Source: an uncultured Gemmatimonadaceae bacterium
GTDB lineage: Bacteria; Gemmatimonadota; Gemmatimonadetes; Gemmatimonadales; Gemmatimonadaceae
NCBI GenBank assembly: GCA_963790305.1
Contig: CAWBOC010000009.1
Span: forward strand, 956,911 to 1,020,910
Length of the DNA stretch: 64,000 nt
Direction: 5' to 3'
Made by a program: the position numbers and the translations under genes. The notes below the pieces were generated by a model, which was given only the letters and a program-made list of their open reading frames with translations, did no database searches and was not told the DNA's origin. Positions 35,661 through 47,049 of this stretch are shown piece after piece (positions within the stretch are counted from its first letter, which is position 1; each line of letters opens with the position of its first letter).

Positions 35661-36587
35661 CTACGCAGCGCGCGGCGTCGTCGCATCCCTTTTGACGAGA
35701 CGAGGCCGCTCGGCGCGACTGGCCATGTATGCGCCGACGAGCACGAGACCAGTCCCGGCAATCGACAGAGCAGCAATCGTCTCCTTCCGCACCACCGCGC
35801 CGAGGACCATCGCCACGAGCGGCAGGAAGTAAATAGTCACGGACCCGCGTGCGGCACCCACTCGGCCGAGCAGAGTCGTGAAGCCCACGAACGCCAGCGC
35901 GGTGCCGAAGACGCCTAACGCCGCGACCGCGAGCAGGCTCGACCACGCGAACGTCGACTCGGGAATGCTCGCCAGCCCCAACGGAAGACTCGCCACCAAC
36001 GCGACGAGCCCCGCACGGAAGATCACCGGTAGCGACCCGTTACGGACCTGCAGCGGCGCCGCCATGTTGCCGGCGAATCCGTAGCACAGCGTCGCCAGCA
36101 GGACGAGCACGACACCAATCACGCTCGCGTGAGCCCCGACGACGGCCGGCCAGCTGATCACCACCACTCCCAGGAATCCCACCAGGAGGCCGAGCTGCTG
36201 CCGCCGACCGGACCGCTTACCGAACGCGAGCGCGCCGACGACAGCGACGAAGAGCGGCGCCGCGGCGTTCAGCATTCCGGCCAGAGACGAGTCGATCGAC
36301 TGCTGCGCGATCGAGAACAGAAGAAAGGGCAGTGCCATCCACACGAGTCCCAGGAGCGCGATCCCCCGCCACTCGCTCCTTGGCACCGGTCGGCGAGCCG
36401 CGGGGATCATCGCCAGCACCGCTGCCCCGAACGCCAGTCTGAGCAGCGCGACGAGTGCGGGCTCGAAGTGCTCCACGCCGAATGCGATCAGCAGATACGA
36501 CGATCCCCAGATCAGCGCGACCGCGACCAGCCACGCCCAATCCTGAACGGCGAATGCGTCCTGCTGCGACCGCGCGGGCTGGGTCAT
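35661..36587 (-). CDS. DMT/EamA family transporter
   Basis: LIWGSSYL, ~10 hydrophobic segments, AGMLNAAAPLF and GTALAF. ATGA overlap with the CMD gene. Confidence 0.88.
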   Translation of the reverse strand: MTQPARSQQDAFAVQDWAWLVAVALIWGSSYLLIAFGVEHFEPALVALLRLAFGAAVLAMIPAARRPVPRSEWRGIALLGLVWMALPFLLFSIAQQSIDSSLAGMLNAAAPLFVAVVGALAFGKRSGRRQQLGLLVGFLGVVVISWPAVVGAHASVIGVVLVLLATLCYGFAGNMAAPLQVRNGSLPVIFRAGLVALVASLPLGLASIPESTFAWSSLLAVAALGVFGTALAFVGFTTLLGRVGAARGSVTIYFLPLVAMVLGAVVRKETIAALSIAGTGLVLVGAYMASRAERPRLVKRDATTPRAA

Positions 36588-37066
36588 GCTTCCGTCACGA
36601 GCACCGCCCGCGGCGTCGGCTCGTACCGGCCTGGGTCGAGCCGAGCGGAGATCGACAACCGGTTCCAGGCATTGATCGTGGCAATGGCGAGGGTGAGATC
36701 GCACAGCTCCTTTGCGCTGAACTGTGAACGAGCCTCGTCGTACACCTGTTCCGACACGTGGCCGTTGGTGAGCAGCGTGACCGCCTCCGTCCACGCGATC
36801 GCGGCCCGCTCGCGCTCCGTGTAGTAGGGCGACTCCTCCCACGCATCGAGCCCGTACAGCTTCTGCTCCCCTTCTCCGATCGCGCGCAGGTCCTTCCAGT
36901 GCATGTCGATGCAGTACGCGCAGCCGTTGATCTGCGACGCGCGCAGCCGCACGAGGTGGAGCAGCGGCTCCTCGATCGCCGAGTCGGTGGCGAGGTATTG
37001 GTCGAGCGCGTCCATGGCGTCGTAGACGCCGGGCGCCGCCTTGCCGTAGTTGAGCTGAGCTCTCAT
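36584..37066 (-). CDS. Carboxymuconolactone decarboxylase / AhpD-like protein
   Basis: LRASQINGCAYCIDMH and INAWNRL; SD AAGGAGG upstream. Confidence 0.9.
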   Translation of the reverse strand: MRAQLNYGKAAPGVYDAMDALDQYLATDSAIEEPLLHLVRLRASQINGCAYCIDMHWKDLRAIGEGEQKLYGLDAWEESPYYTERERAAIAWTEAVTLLTNGHVSEQVYDEARSQFSAKELCDLTLAIATINAWNRLSISARLDPGRYEPTPRAVLVTEA

Positions 37067-37100
37067 CACACCCTCCTTGGTGCCAGTACGGTACGGAGGA

Positions 37101-37149
37101 TGTGGCCTAGCGCGAAGAGCCATATTCGATATTTTCGGTGGACCACTTT
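37101..37149. promoter_or_regulatory. Candidate MocR-type operator
   Basis: GTGGCCT...AGAGCCAT...GGACCACTT: TGG/CCA direct and inverted half-sites between a MocR gene and its divergent target. Confidence 0.45.
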
Positions 37150-37152
37150 GGG

Positions 37153-37241
37153 TAGAAGCGCTAGAAGCGCTAACGGCGCTAGAAGCGCTCAACTGCCCAG
37201 GCCTCTAGCGCCTCTAGCGCCTCTAGCGCCTCTAGCGCCTT
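37153..37241. repeat. Hairpin element of 9-bp TAGAAGCGC / GCCTCTAGC units
   Basis: About four units per arm, ending directly at the ATG of the MocR gene. Confidence 0.85.
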
Positions 37242-38717
37242 ATGAAGAGAACCTCCGCTCTTCCACTCGCGCTTCCCGCCCGCTCCTCCATCGCCACCGC
37301 CTCTCAGTGGCTCTCCTCGGCGCTCCGCACCGAGATTCTCGAGGGGCGCCTCCGACCCGGGGCGCGCTTGCCAGCAACGCGCGATCTGGCGCGACAGTAT
37401 GGGCTCTCGCGCGGGACGATCGTGAGCGCGTTCGAGCAGCTGAAGTCGGAGGGCTACGTCGAAGGGAGCGTCGGCTCTGGCACCTACGTCAACGAGACGC
37501 TGCCTGACGAGCTGCTTCAGGTCTCTCGCAAGGCGACGCCCAGCGCGCCGGCGCAGCGCGCCCCTCGGCGCAGACTCTCCGACTTCGCGCGCCGCGCCGA
37601 GTTCTTCCCCGGATTCCCGAGAGGGCCCGCGCGTCCCTTTCGTACGGCGGAGCCCGCGCTCGACCTCTTTCCGACGACGCTATGGTCACAGCTCGCCGCG
37701 CGGCGCTTTCGCAAGGCGACGGCGGCCATGCTGCTCCAATGCGATGCGACGGGATACCGCCCCTTCCGCGAGGCGGTCGCCGACTATCTCGGCACCTCGC
37801 GCGGCGTCCGATGCTCGCCCGAGCAGGTCATCATCGTCTCCGGATTGCAGGAGTCGCTGGATCTCGCCGCTCGCGTCTTCGTGAATCCGGGCGACCGCGT
37901 AGGAACGGAGACTCCCGGATACATTGGCACCACCTACGTGTTCGAGGCGCACGGCGCAAAGGTCACCGGAGTGCGCGTAGACAACGAGGGCATGGAGGTG
38001 CCAAGTGCACGCCTCGGCGACCTGCGTCTCGTCTACGTAACGCCGGGGCATCAGTTCCCGCTCGGCGTCAACATGAGCTTGCCGCGGCGACTCGCACTCC
38101 TGGAGTGGGCGCGCGCGACCGGCGCGCTGATCATCGAGGATGATTACGACAGCGAGTATCGCTACTCCGGGCGTCCGCTGCCGGCGCTCCAGGGACTCGA
38201 TCGCCACGGACTGGTGCTCTTCATCGGGAGCTTCAGCAAGGTGATGTTCCCTTCGCTGCGTCTTGGGTACATCGTCGTGCCGCCCGATCTGGTCGAGCAT
38301 TTCGAGGCGGTGAAGTCAGTGACGACGCGCCATGCGCCGGTGCTCGAGCAGGCGGTGCTGTGCGACTTCATCAGTGAAGGGCACTTCGGCCGTCACGTTC
38401 GCCGCATGCGTGAGGTGTACGCCGAGCGGTTGGCGGTGTTGCTCGAAGCCGCGCGTGAGGATCTTGCGGGGTTGGTCGAGATCTCCGACATCGAGGCGGG
38501 ATTGCAGACGGTCGCCTGGCTGACTGGTGATGTCGACGATCGCGCGGCCGCGGACGCCGCCGCGCAACGGGGGATCGAGGTGATTCCGCTGAGCCGCTAT
38601 GCGCATGGGCGCCGGATGCGTCAGGGGCTGCATCTCGGCTTCGCGGCGGTGGATGCGCGCGAGATCCGGCGCGGAGTTCGAGAGCTGGCCGGGGTGCTGA
38701 AGGAGCTGTCGCGGTAA
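37242..38717 (+). CDS. MocR/GabR (PdxR-like) PLP-dependent transcriptional regulator
   Basis: GntR HTH (LPATRDLARQYGLSRGT...EGY) plus aminotransferase domain (TPGHQFPLG, EDDYDSEY, GSFSKVMFPSLRLG). Confidence 0.93.
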   Translation: MKRTSALPLALPARSSIATASQWLSSALRTEILEGRLRPGARLPATRDLARQYGLSRGTIVSAFEQLKSEGYVEGSVGSGTYVNETLPDELLQVSRKATPSAPAQRAPRRRLSDFARRAEFFPGFPRGPARPFRTAEPALDLFPTTLWSQLAARRFRKATAAMLLQCDATGYRPFREAVADYLGTSRGVRCSPEQVIIVSGLQESLDLAARVFVNPGDRVGTETPGYIGTTYVFEAHGAKVTGVRVDNEGMEVPSARLGDLRLVYVTPGHQFPLGVNMSLPRRLALLEWARATGALIIEDDYDSEYRYSGRPLPALQGLDRHGLVLFIGSFSKVMFPSLRLGYIVVPPDLVEHFEAVKSVTTRHAPVLEQAVLCDFISEGHFGRHVRRMREVYAERLAVLLEAAREDLAGLVEISDIEAGLQTVAWLTGDVDDRAAADAAAQRGIEVIPLSRYAHGRRMRQGLHLGFAAVDAREIRRGVRELAGVLKELSR

Positions 38718-38799
38718 TGTTGTGCAAGTCGAGCGGCGGCAGGCGTCTTATCCCATGGTGCCTCGGAGGGCGCCTTCACGTCTGACTCACCACAAGGTC

Positions 38800-39766
38800 A
38801 TGCTCACACCTTCGATCAGAACGTTCGCATTCACGCTCGCGGCCACGCTCATCGCGTGCGGCCAAGCGGACAACTCGCAAACGAGTCTCGGCCGTCCAGG
38901 ATCGCAAACGGAGGAGGCCCAGTTCAAAGGGGTGGCTCCAGCGCCAGCGGCACCGCCAACCGCAGGAAGCATCGGCGGAGTCGCTGGGAGACGTGAAGTC
39001 GCGGCTGACGTTTCCGCCGCTGAGCCCCAGGGACGCGACCCGTCCCAGGTGCCCGTCACCGACTCGGCCGCGACCCCGTCGATGCTCATCCGCACCGGCA
39101 ACGCGACGATCGAGGTCGACTCCCTCGAGATCGCGATGCAGCAGATCCGCGACCTCGCGCAGCGGTTAGGCGGCTTCGTCGCCAACGTCCAGCTGTCGAG
39201 CGGACAGGATCAGGTTCGCTCAGCCAGCCTGGAGATGAAGATTCCGGTCGCGCGCTGGAGCGACGCCGTGTCGGGTCTCAAGCCGGTCGGCAAGGTCGAG
39301 GCGCTCAACGAGTTCACCGCAGGATGTCGGCGAGGAGTACGTCGACGTCGCCGCGCGCGTGCAGAACTCGAAGCGCCTCGAGGCGCGGCTCATTGAGCTG
39401 CTCGCGAACCGGACCGGACGCCTGTCCGACGTGCTCACCGTCGAGCGCGAGCTGGCGCGCGTGCGCGAGGAGATCGAGCGCTACGAGGGCCGTCTTCGTT
39501 TCCTGAGGACCCGGGCTGCCATGAGCTCGATGACGGTGACGGTGCACGAGGACTTCCCCGTCGTGAGCGCGCGCGGCGAGACCGGCGTGCTCGGCGACGC
39601 GTTCAAGCAGGCGTGGCGGAACTTTGTGTCGCTCATGGCGTGGCTCATTTCGATAACGGGTATTCTGATTCCGCTCGCGGCGCTCGGTTTCCTCGGCTGG
39701 CTGGCGTGGCGGAAGTGGGGGCCCGACCGGCCGCCGCGCTCCGACGCGCCACGTAAGACGGCATAA
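38800..39766 (+). CDS. DUF4349 domain lipoprotein; frameshift at ~39322
   Basis: Lipobox LIAC; MLIRTGNATIEV...GGFV, then DVGEEYVDV...ERELARVREEIE and a C-terminal TM segment. Confidence 0.82.
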
Positions 39767-39856
39767 CCACAGAGGCACAGAGGGCACAGAGGAAACCCCG
39801 CACTGCAAGGTTTGCAGTGCGGGGTTTCCTCTGTGCCCTCTGTGCCTCTGTGGTTA
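39764..39856. repeat. Hairpin element of the ACCACAGAGG family (45-bp stem, 3-nt loop)
   Basis: TAACCACAGAGGCACAGAGGGCACAGAGGAAACCCCGCACTGCAA-GGT-reverse complement; between convergent genes. Confidence 0.9.
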
Positions 39857-39883
39857 ATGCCGTTGAGCCCCCGAGCACGATCC

Positions 39884-41650
39884 CTACCCGCGCGCTCCTT
39901 CTTTCTCGCTCGCCCGCGGGAGCGCCAGCGTGAAGCGCGCCCCCTTCCCTTCAGTGCTCTCCACGGTGAGATCGCCCTTCATCGCGCGAGCGAGATCGCG
40001 GCTGATCGCCAATCCCAGACCAATGCCGCCCGCCCGGTCGGCCAGACCTTCCTTCAACTGAACGAACGGCTCGAAGACGGCTTCCACCTTTTCCGGAGTG
40101 ATGCCGATCCCGGTATCCCGCACGCGCAGAAGGACGGTGTCGCCCGACGCCGCACACTCGGCGCCAATGTGACCGCCCGCAGGCGTAAACTTGATCGCGT
40201 TCGACAGCAGGTTCACCAGAATCTGCGTCACCTTCTCCGGGTCGGCCCGTGCGACGACACTTCGGTCGCCTGAAATGCCGTCGAAGACGAGCCCTCGCTG
40301 CGCGATGAGTGGCTCGACCAGCTCGAGGGCGTGCGTCAGCGCACCACACGCGTCGATGTCGCGCACGGCGTAGGCCATCCGGCCGCTTCCGACTCGCGCG
40401 AAGTTGAGGATTTCGGTGATGAGGAGGGCCAGGTGCTGCTGATTGGTTTTCACGCGCGCGAAGTCGGCGTGTTGCTCCTCGGTCACCGGCCCGCGCAGGC
40501 CCATGTCGAGCAGGTCGATGTACCCGCCGATGGCGTTGAGCGGCGTCCGCAGCTCGTGGCTCATCGCGGCAAGAAATGCGGTCTTGGCACGATTCGCCGT
40601 TTCGGCACTCCGCTTGAGCACGAGCGCGAGGTCATGGACTTGCGCATTGTCGAGGGCGAGGGCGCCTCGCGCCGCCAGGTCTTCGGCGAGCCGCACGTCC
40701 ACGGGACTGTACTGAATCCCGCGCTGAGCGCTGACGAAGGTGATGGCACCAAGGAGCCGCCCCCGGGCGACAAGCGGTACGGTCAGGAGGGATCCGATCC
40801 CGAGCTGACGCAGGATGCGCAGGTTCTCGGCACCGTGCGCCGTCGCGGCGAGTGCGGTCTCAATGTCCTCGGTGATGGCGACGCTTCGGGGATCGCGCAC
40901 CATCGCCGGTGCGCCAAAGGGATCGTCCGGCTCGGGCATCCATGTCGCTTCCAGCTCGAGCGCGAGCTTTTGCTTTTCCGGATCAGGGTGGTAGATCCCC
41001 AGGCGACGGATCGAAGTCCCTTCGTCCAGGATGTCCACAATGCACCAGGCACCTAACGCCGGCAGCGCAAGCTTCGTGAGCGCGACGAGCGTGCTGGTCT
41101 GATCCAGAGATTCGGCAAACAGGCGCCCTGCCTCGGCCAGAAAAGCCGCCCGGCGACGCGCGTCCTCGGCATCCTCGGCAAAACCACGCTCGCGCAGGGC
41201 ACCGAGCAGCATCTGCTCGGCGACCTGCCGCTGCAGCTCGAGCGCCTCATCCTGCGGGCTGGATGCGCGAATCTCAATGCCGAGCGCTTCCGTCCGCCCG
41301 TCGTCGGCCATCACGGGCCACACGCTGCAGAGCCAATCTTTCGCGCTCTCGCCGGGCGCGGGGATGCGCTCATCGAGGATCTCGACGCCGTCGCGAAATG
41401 CCCGATCGAGAATTGCGCTCAACGCTCGTCGTTGCGTCGCGGGGAACGCGGCGGCGATCCGCGCCCCCTGCGCGTCACTCGGGGCGACGCCGGCCAGATT
41501 GCAGAAGGCGGCATTGGCGTACACGAGCGCGTGCTTTTCGCCGCGCGTAACGGCGAAGGGCAGCGGGGCTTGCTGCACGGAGCGCCGCAGCGCTTCCTGG
41601 ATGGAAGGCTCGGCCGCGCCCGCGGTACCGGATCGCTGACGGTGACTCAC
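39884..41650 (-). CDS. PAS/GAF sensor histidine kinase
   Basis: YANAAF (PAS-like), GAF SLLTVPLVARGRLLG, MSHELRTPLN, NLLSNAIKFT, DTGIGI and GLGLAI. Confidence 0.9.
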   Translation of the reverse strand: MSHRQRSGTAGAAEPSIQEALRRSVQQAPLPFAVTRGEKHALVYANAAFCNLAGVAPSDAQGARIAAAFPATQRRALSAILDRAFRDGVEILDERIPAPGESAKDWLCSVWPVMADDGRTEALGIEIRASSPQDEALELQRQVAEQMLLGALRERGFAEDAEDARRRAAFLAEAGRLFAESLDQTSTLVALTKLALPALGAWCIVDILDEGTSIRRLGIYHPDPEKQKLALELEATWMPEPDDPFGAPAMVRDPRSVAITEDIETALAATAHGAENLRILRQLGIGSLLTVPLVARGRLLGAITFVSAQRGIQYSPVDVRLAEDLAARGALALDNAQVHDLALVLKRSAETANRAKTAFLAAMSHELRTPLNAIGGYIDLLDMGLRGPVTEEQHADFARVKTNQQHLALLITEILNFARVGSGRMAYAVRDIDACGALTHALELVEPLIAQRGLVFDGISGDRSVVARADPEKVTQILVNLLSNAIKFTPAGGHIGAECAASGDTVLLRVRDTGIGITPEKVEAVFEPFVQLKEGLADRAGGIGLGLAISRDLARAMKGDLTVESTEGKGARFTLALPRASEKEGARG

Positions 41651-41655
41651 TCGGC

Positions 41656-43146
41656 CTATTTGCTTCGTTTTGCGCGCGCCGGTTTCGCGCGCAACGTCGG
41701 CACCCCGGTGATGATGCCGTCGTACTCCGTCAGCGGGTCGCCGACGACGACTCCCCTCGGCGTGACCTCGTACGTTCGGAACTGGTGACTATGGTCGCTC
41801 CCGCGCATCTTGATCACGGCCATCACTCGCCTGAGCTCCCCTTCGATCTCAACGTAGCGCTGCACGATGATCTCGTCGGTGATGAACGACACCCTCTCCG
41901 TCGTGAAGCGTGCGTCAGAGAATCCCTCAGCGACTTCCGCGGTCATGAATACCGAAACGCCCGTTGCGGTCAAGGTCCCAACCAGGCGGTACAACGACTC
42001 CCGGAAATCCTCGCGAAAGGTGGGTGCGAGCGCGACCTCGAATCCTGACAACGAGTCGATGACGACGCGCTTTGCCCCGAGCCGCTCCACCGCGTCGAGA
42101 ATCGCCGCGAGGGCCTCATCGACGGAGAGGTCGAGCGGGCGGAGATAGATCAGCTCCAGCTTCCCGTCCCTGATCGCCTTCCCCACGCCCGGATTTCGTG
42201 CGTCGGCGCGGGCAAGGTATTCCTCAGGGTACTCCTCGAATACCGCGATGACCCCGGTCTCTCCCGCCGCCAATCCCGCCACGATGAATTGCGTGGCGAC
42301 CGTTGACTTGCCGCTGCCGGCGGGCCCGGTGAGCATCACGGCATCCCCGGAGATGACTCCGCCACCGATCATGTCATCCAGCCCGGGAACACCGGTGGAG
42401 AGTCGGTCGCGCTTCTGTGGCGCTCGCTTCCGCGTCTGCTCCGGGATGCGCGGAAAGATCTGGAGCCCGGCGTCGGTAATGCGGAAGGTGTGCAACCCCG
42501 GCATCGGTGCGCGGCCGCGCGTCTTCACCACTTGAAGCTTTCGAACGACCGAATTCCTGTCTGTCGCCTGCGAGAGCCAGAGTATGCCGTCGGCGACTGT
42601 GAAGACGGGATTTCGCTGCTCCGCCTCGGCGTACTCACCGAGAAGGAACGATGTCACCTCCCAACTCGTCAGGTGAAGGGCGAGACGCTGAACGAAGTGA
42701 TCGAGGTCGAACGTTGCCGCGCGCTCGGGGCTCCCATGGTGGCCGGCGATCGTTCGAAATGAATCGACGACGACGATTCCCGGTTTGGCACGCTCGATCT
42801 CGCCGACGATCCGCTGGAGGACTTCGCCCAGGTCCTGTTCCATGACCTCGGCGCTCAGGTTGATGAACTCGATTGCGGATCCGGCCAGCTCAGGATCGAA
42901 GAAGCTGAACTGCCGCTGATACCGCAGCATCTTGAGGGTCGGCTCGCCGAGCACGGTGAAGTACAGCGCGGGTCGCTCGGCGGTCGCGTTTGCGAACATG
43001 ATCTGATGCGCCAGCGTCGTCTTCCCCGAACCGGGCCCACCGGCAACCAGATTGAATGAGAATTCCGGCAATCCGCCGCCGAGGACCGTATCCAGCCCGG
43101 GCACTCCGCTCGGAAGGCTCCTGATTACCGCGCGCTCGTCGCCCAT
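41656..43146 (-). CDS. KaiC-like double-domain RecA-superfamily ATPase
   Basis: Two domains, each with (S/T)GVPGLD, Walker A (GGPGSGKT, GPAGSGKS), Walker B (VVVDS, VVIDS) and KxRG. Confidence 0.9.
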   Translation of the reverse strand: MGDERAVIRSLPSGVPGLDTVLGGGLPEFSFNLVAGGPGSGKTTLAHQIMFANATAERPALYFTVLGEPTLKMLRYQRQFSFFDPELAGSAIEFINLSAEVMEQDLGEVLQRIVGEIERAKPGIVVVDSFRTIAGHHGSPERAATFDLDHFVQRLALHLTSWEVTSFLLGEYAEAEQRNPVFTVADGILWLSQATDRNSVVRKLQVVKTRGRAPMPGLHTFRITDAGLQIFPRIPEQTRKRAPQKRDRLSTGVPGLDDMIGGGVISGDAVMLTGPAGSGKSTVATQFIVAGLAAGETGVIAVFEEYPEEYLARADARNPGVGKAIRDGKLELIYLRPLDLSVDEALAAILDAVERLGAKRVVIDSLSGFEVALAPTFREDFRESLYRLVGTLTATGVSVFMTAEVAEGFSDARFTTERVSFITDEIIVQRYVEIEGELRRVMAVIKMRGSDHSHQFRTYEVTPRGVVVGDPLTEYDGIITGVPTLRAKPARAKRSK

Positions 43147-43596
43147 CAGGCTTCCTCTCGTCGATCATCGGAAATCGTATCACCGCGTGTGGAGGCGCCC
43201 ACACTTCGGTCGATCAGGGTCGTTGCCATGTCGTCTCCGATGAGTCGGCCGAGAAGCTCGACGAGGTGGACGAGCATCGACTCGAGGCCCTCGGCAGTCG
43301 CGGCGTCGCCGTGTGCCATTATCGTCTCGGGGACGCCGCCAATGTAGGGCTGCGACCGTGCGCGGAGCTGAATGTCCGCCAGCGCGGGGTACTCGCCGCG
43401 CGCCTCGGCGAGCGCGCGCGTGAACAGCGCATGGCAGCCGTCGGGACCAACCCAGCGCGAGAGTGCCTGGTACAGGTGGTCGCACGCGGTGGCGGCGGCG
43501 CGCGCGGCGGTGTCACCCTCCGATCGTGCGGACCGGTGACTGCTGATGAGGCGGCGTGCGATTCTTCGCGCCAGCGGCTGGTTGTCCGGTGACAGC
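43146..43596 (-). CDS. Small helical hypothetical protein, first gene of the KaiC-like operon (start uncertain)
   Basis: LSRWVGPDGCHALFTRAL...LLGRLIG. Stop overlaps the ATPase start; SD-like GAGG near 43605. Confidence 0.65.
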
Positions 43597-43743
43597 GTGT
43601 CCTCACCCTCGGGTTTACCACGGAAGGCCGATAAGCGAGAGAAGTTATCCCGCAAGCACGAGACTATTCAAGCAGAAACCGCCCCCCTGCGGACGCGTAC
43701 GGTATGTCGTAGAGTAGAGAGCATTCTCGAGTCAGGTGACCCC

Positions 43744-44010
43744 ATGCACCCCGAAGTCGGAGCGATGGCGCAGTTGGCAGCGGTGGTCGTAGTCACGGCG
43801 GGCTCGCTCGCGGCCATCGCTGTGGCTGCCTTTCGAGCGATGGCGCGCACCAAGCGACAGGTACCGCCGGCGCAGCAAGATGATCGACTCGAGCACCTTC
43901 AGCAGTCGGTGGATGCCATCGCCATCGAGGTCGAGCGAATCGCCGAGGGGCAGCGCTTTACGACGAAGCTGTTGGCGGAGAGATCGGAGGGATCCCCGTT
44001 GGACCGGTAG
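43744..44010 (+). CDS. Small single-TM coiled-coil protein (copy 1)
   Basis: MHPEVGAMAQLAAVVVV...RLEHLQQSVDAIAIEVERIAEGQRFTTKLL; paralog directly downstream. Confidence 0.8.
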   Translation: MHPEVGAMAQLAAVVVVTAGSLAAIAVAAFRAMARTKRQVPPAQQDDRLEHLQQSVDAIAIEVERIAEGQRFTTKLLAERSEGSPLDR

Positions 44011-44153
44011 CGTGTTCTTACCCTCGGCTTACTGCGGAAGCCGCTCGCGAAGAGGTTATCCCGCCCGCATCCGACGATTGCAGCAGAAACCGCACCCCTG
44101 CGCACGCGTAGGATATGGCGTACGGTAAAGGGTCTTCCCCAGTCAGGAAGCTT

Positions 44154-44414
44154 ATGGATCCCGACGTCGCAGCGTTCGCGCAGGTGGCAGTGATCATCGT
44201 GTCCATGGTCGGCTCCCTTGCCCTCATCGGGGTCGCTGCGGCTTATGCTCTCCGCCCGTTGAAAAGAAAACCTCTCATGCCTCCGAGTGATGACCGGCTC
44301 GAGCACCTGCAGCAGTCGGTGGATGCCATCGCGGTCGAGGTGGAGCGGATCGCCGAGGCGCAGCGCTTCACCGCCAAGCTGATGGCAGGGAGGCCGGAGG
44401 GCGTAGAGCGCTAA
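44154..44414 (+). CDS. Small single-TM coiled-coil protein (copy 2)
   Basis: MDPDVAAFAQVAVIIV...RLEHLQQSVDAIAVEVERIAEAQRFTAKLM. Confidence 0.8.
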   Translation: MDPDVAAFAQVAVIIVSMVGSLALIGVAAAYALRPLKRKPLMPPSDDRLEHLQQSVDAIAVEVERIAEAQRFTAKLMAGRPEGVER

Positions 44415-44542
44415 GGGCGCTAAAGGCGCTAGAGGCGCTAGAGGCGTAGGGTTTCAGCGCCCTTAGCGCTCCTAGCGCCCTAGCGCCCTGGTGCATCAGC
44501 GCCCCTAGCGCCCCTAGCGCCTTTAGCGCCTTTTAGCGTCCC
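44400..44542. repeat. Hairpin element of 9-bp TAGAGGCGC / GCGCCCCTA-type units
   Basis: About 5 forward and 8 reverse units filling the whole gap from the upstream stop to the OPT ATG. Confidence 0.85.
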
Positions 44543-46498
<1,956 letters not shown>

Positions 46499-46684
46499 GT
46501 CAGGCCGTTACCGTACCGCGCCTGCTTGCTTCCGCACTAGCTGAGGCATAGGACCGGGTGTGAGCAGGCACCCGGAATCAACACGTACCACCCATGCCCT
46601 CCTGATCTGTCGGCTTAGCCTGCTCCCGCCCTATGGATCGCAGAGGTCAGAAACCACACCGACCGTTGTCCTCGAGAAAACGGA

Positions 46685-47011
46685 ATGGCCACTTTTGATT
46701 ACGAGCTCGACGAAACCGTGCGGTGCCTTCTCCTCGACGTCGCTGCGACCGTCGGTGCCGCGTACGGACATATCGTGCTCGAGTCTGCCGAGAAGCTCCA
46801 TGCGCTCGACGTTGGCGATCCCTCGATAAAGTGCGTGGAGGACGTACAGCAGTACTTTCATGACACCTTCGTGGACACGACCTGGCCCGCGTGTCCACAC
46901 CATCCCAATCACCCGCTGGAATACTCCGACGGCTTCTGGTGCTGCCCGCGCAACAATATCCGCATAACGAAGCTCGGCGAGCTGCCGACGCGGCCAGGGG
47001 ACCGTGGATGA
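46685..47011 (+). CDS. Hypothetical protein with a C/H cluster
   Basis: 108-aa ORF containing WPACPHHPNHPL...WCCP...LGEL. Confidence 0.6.
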   Translation: MATFDYELDETVRCLLLDVAATVGAAYGHIVLESAEKLHALDVGDPSIKCVEDVQQYFHDTFVDTTWPACPHHPNHPLEYSDGFWCCPRNNIRITKLGELPTRPGDRG

Positions 47012-47049
47012 GCCGTTCCGCCGTGACGTACGTGGTGGAACGTTAGGCG

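Larger units (their letters stand above)
43594..44414 (+). repeat. Diverged tandem duplication (~410-415-bp unit): promoter region plus small gene
   Basis: Shared blocks in both copies: AGCGTGTyCTyACCCTCGG, GTTATCCCGC, GCAGAAACCGC.CCCCTGCG.ACGCGTA and CTCGAGCACCT.CAGCAGTCGGTGGATGCCATCGC. Confidence 0.85.

Noticed and set aside
41656..43146. True circadian clock kaiC
   Set aside because: No kaiA or kaiB nearby and the ST phosphosite pair is incomplete, so it is called KaiC-like only.
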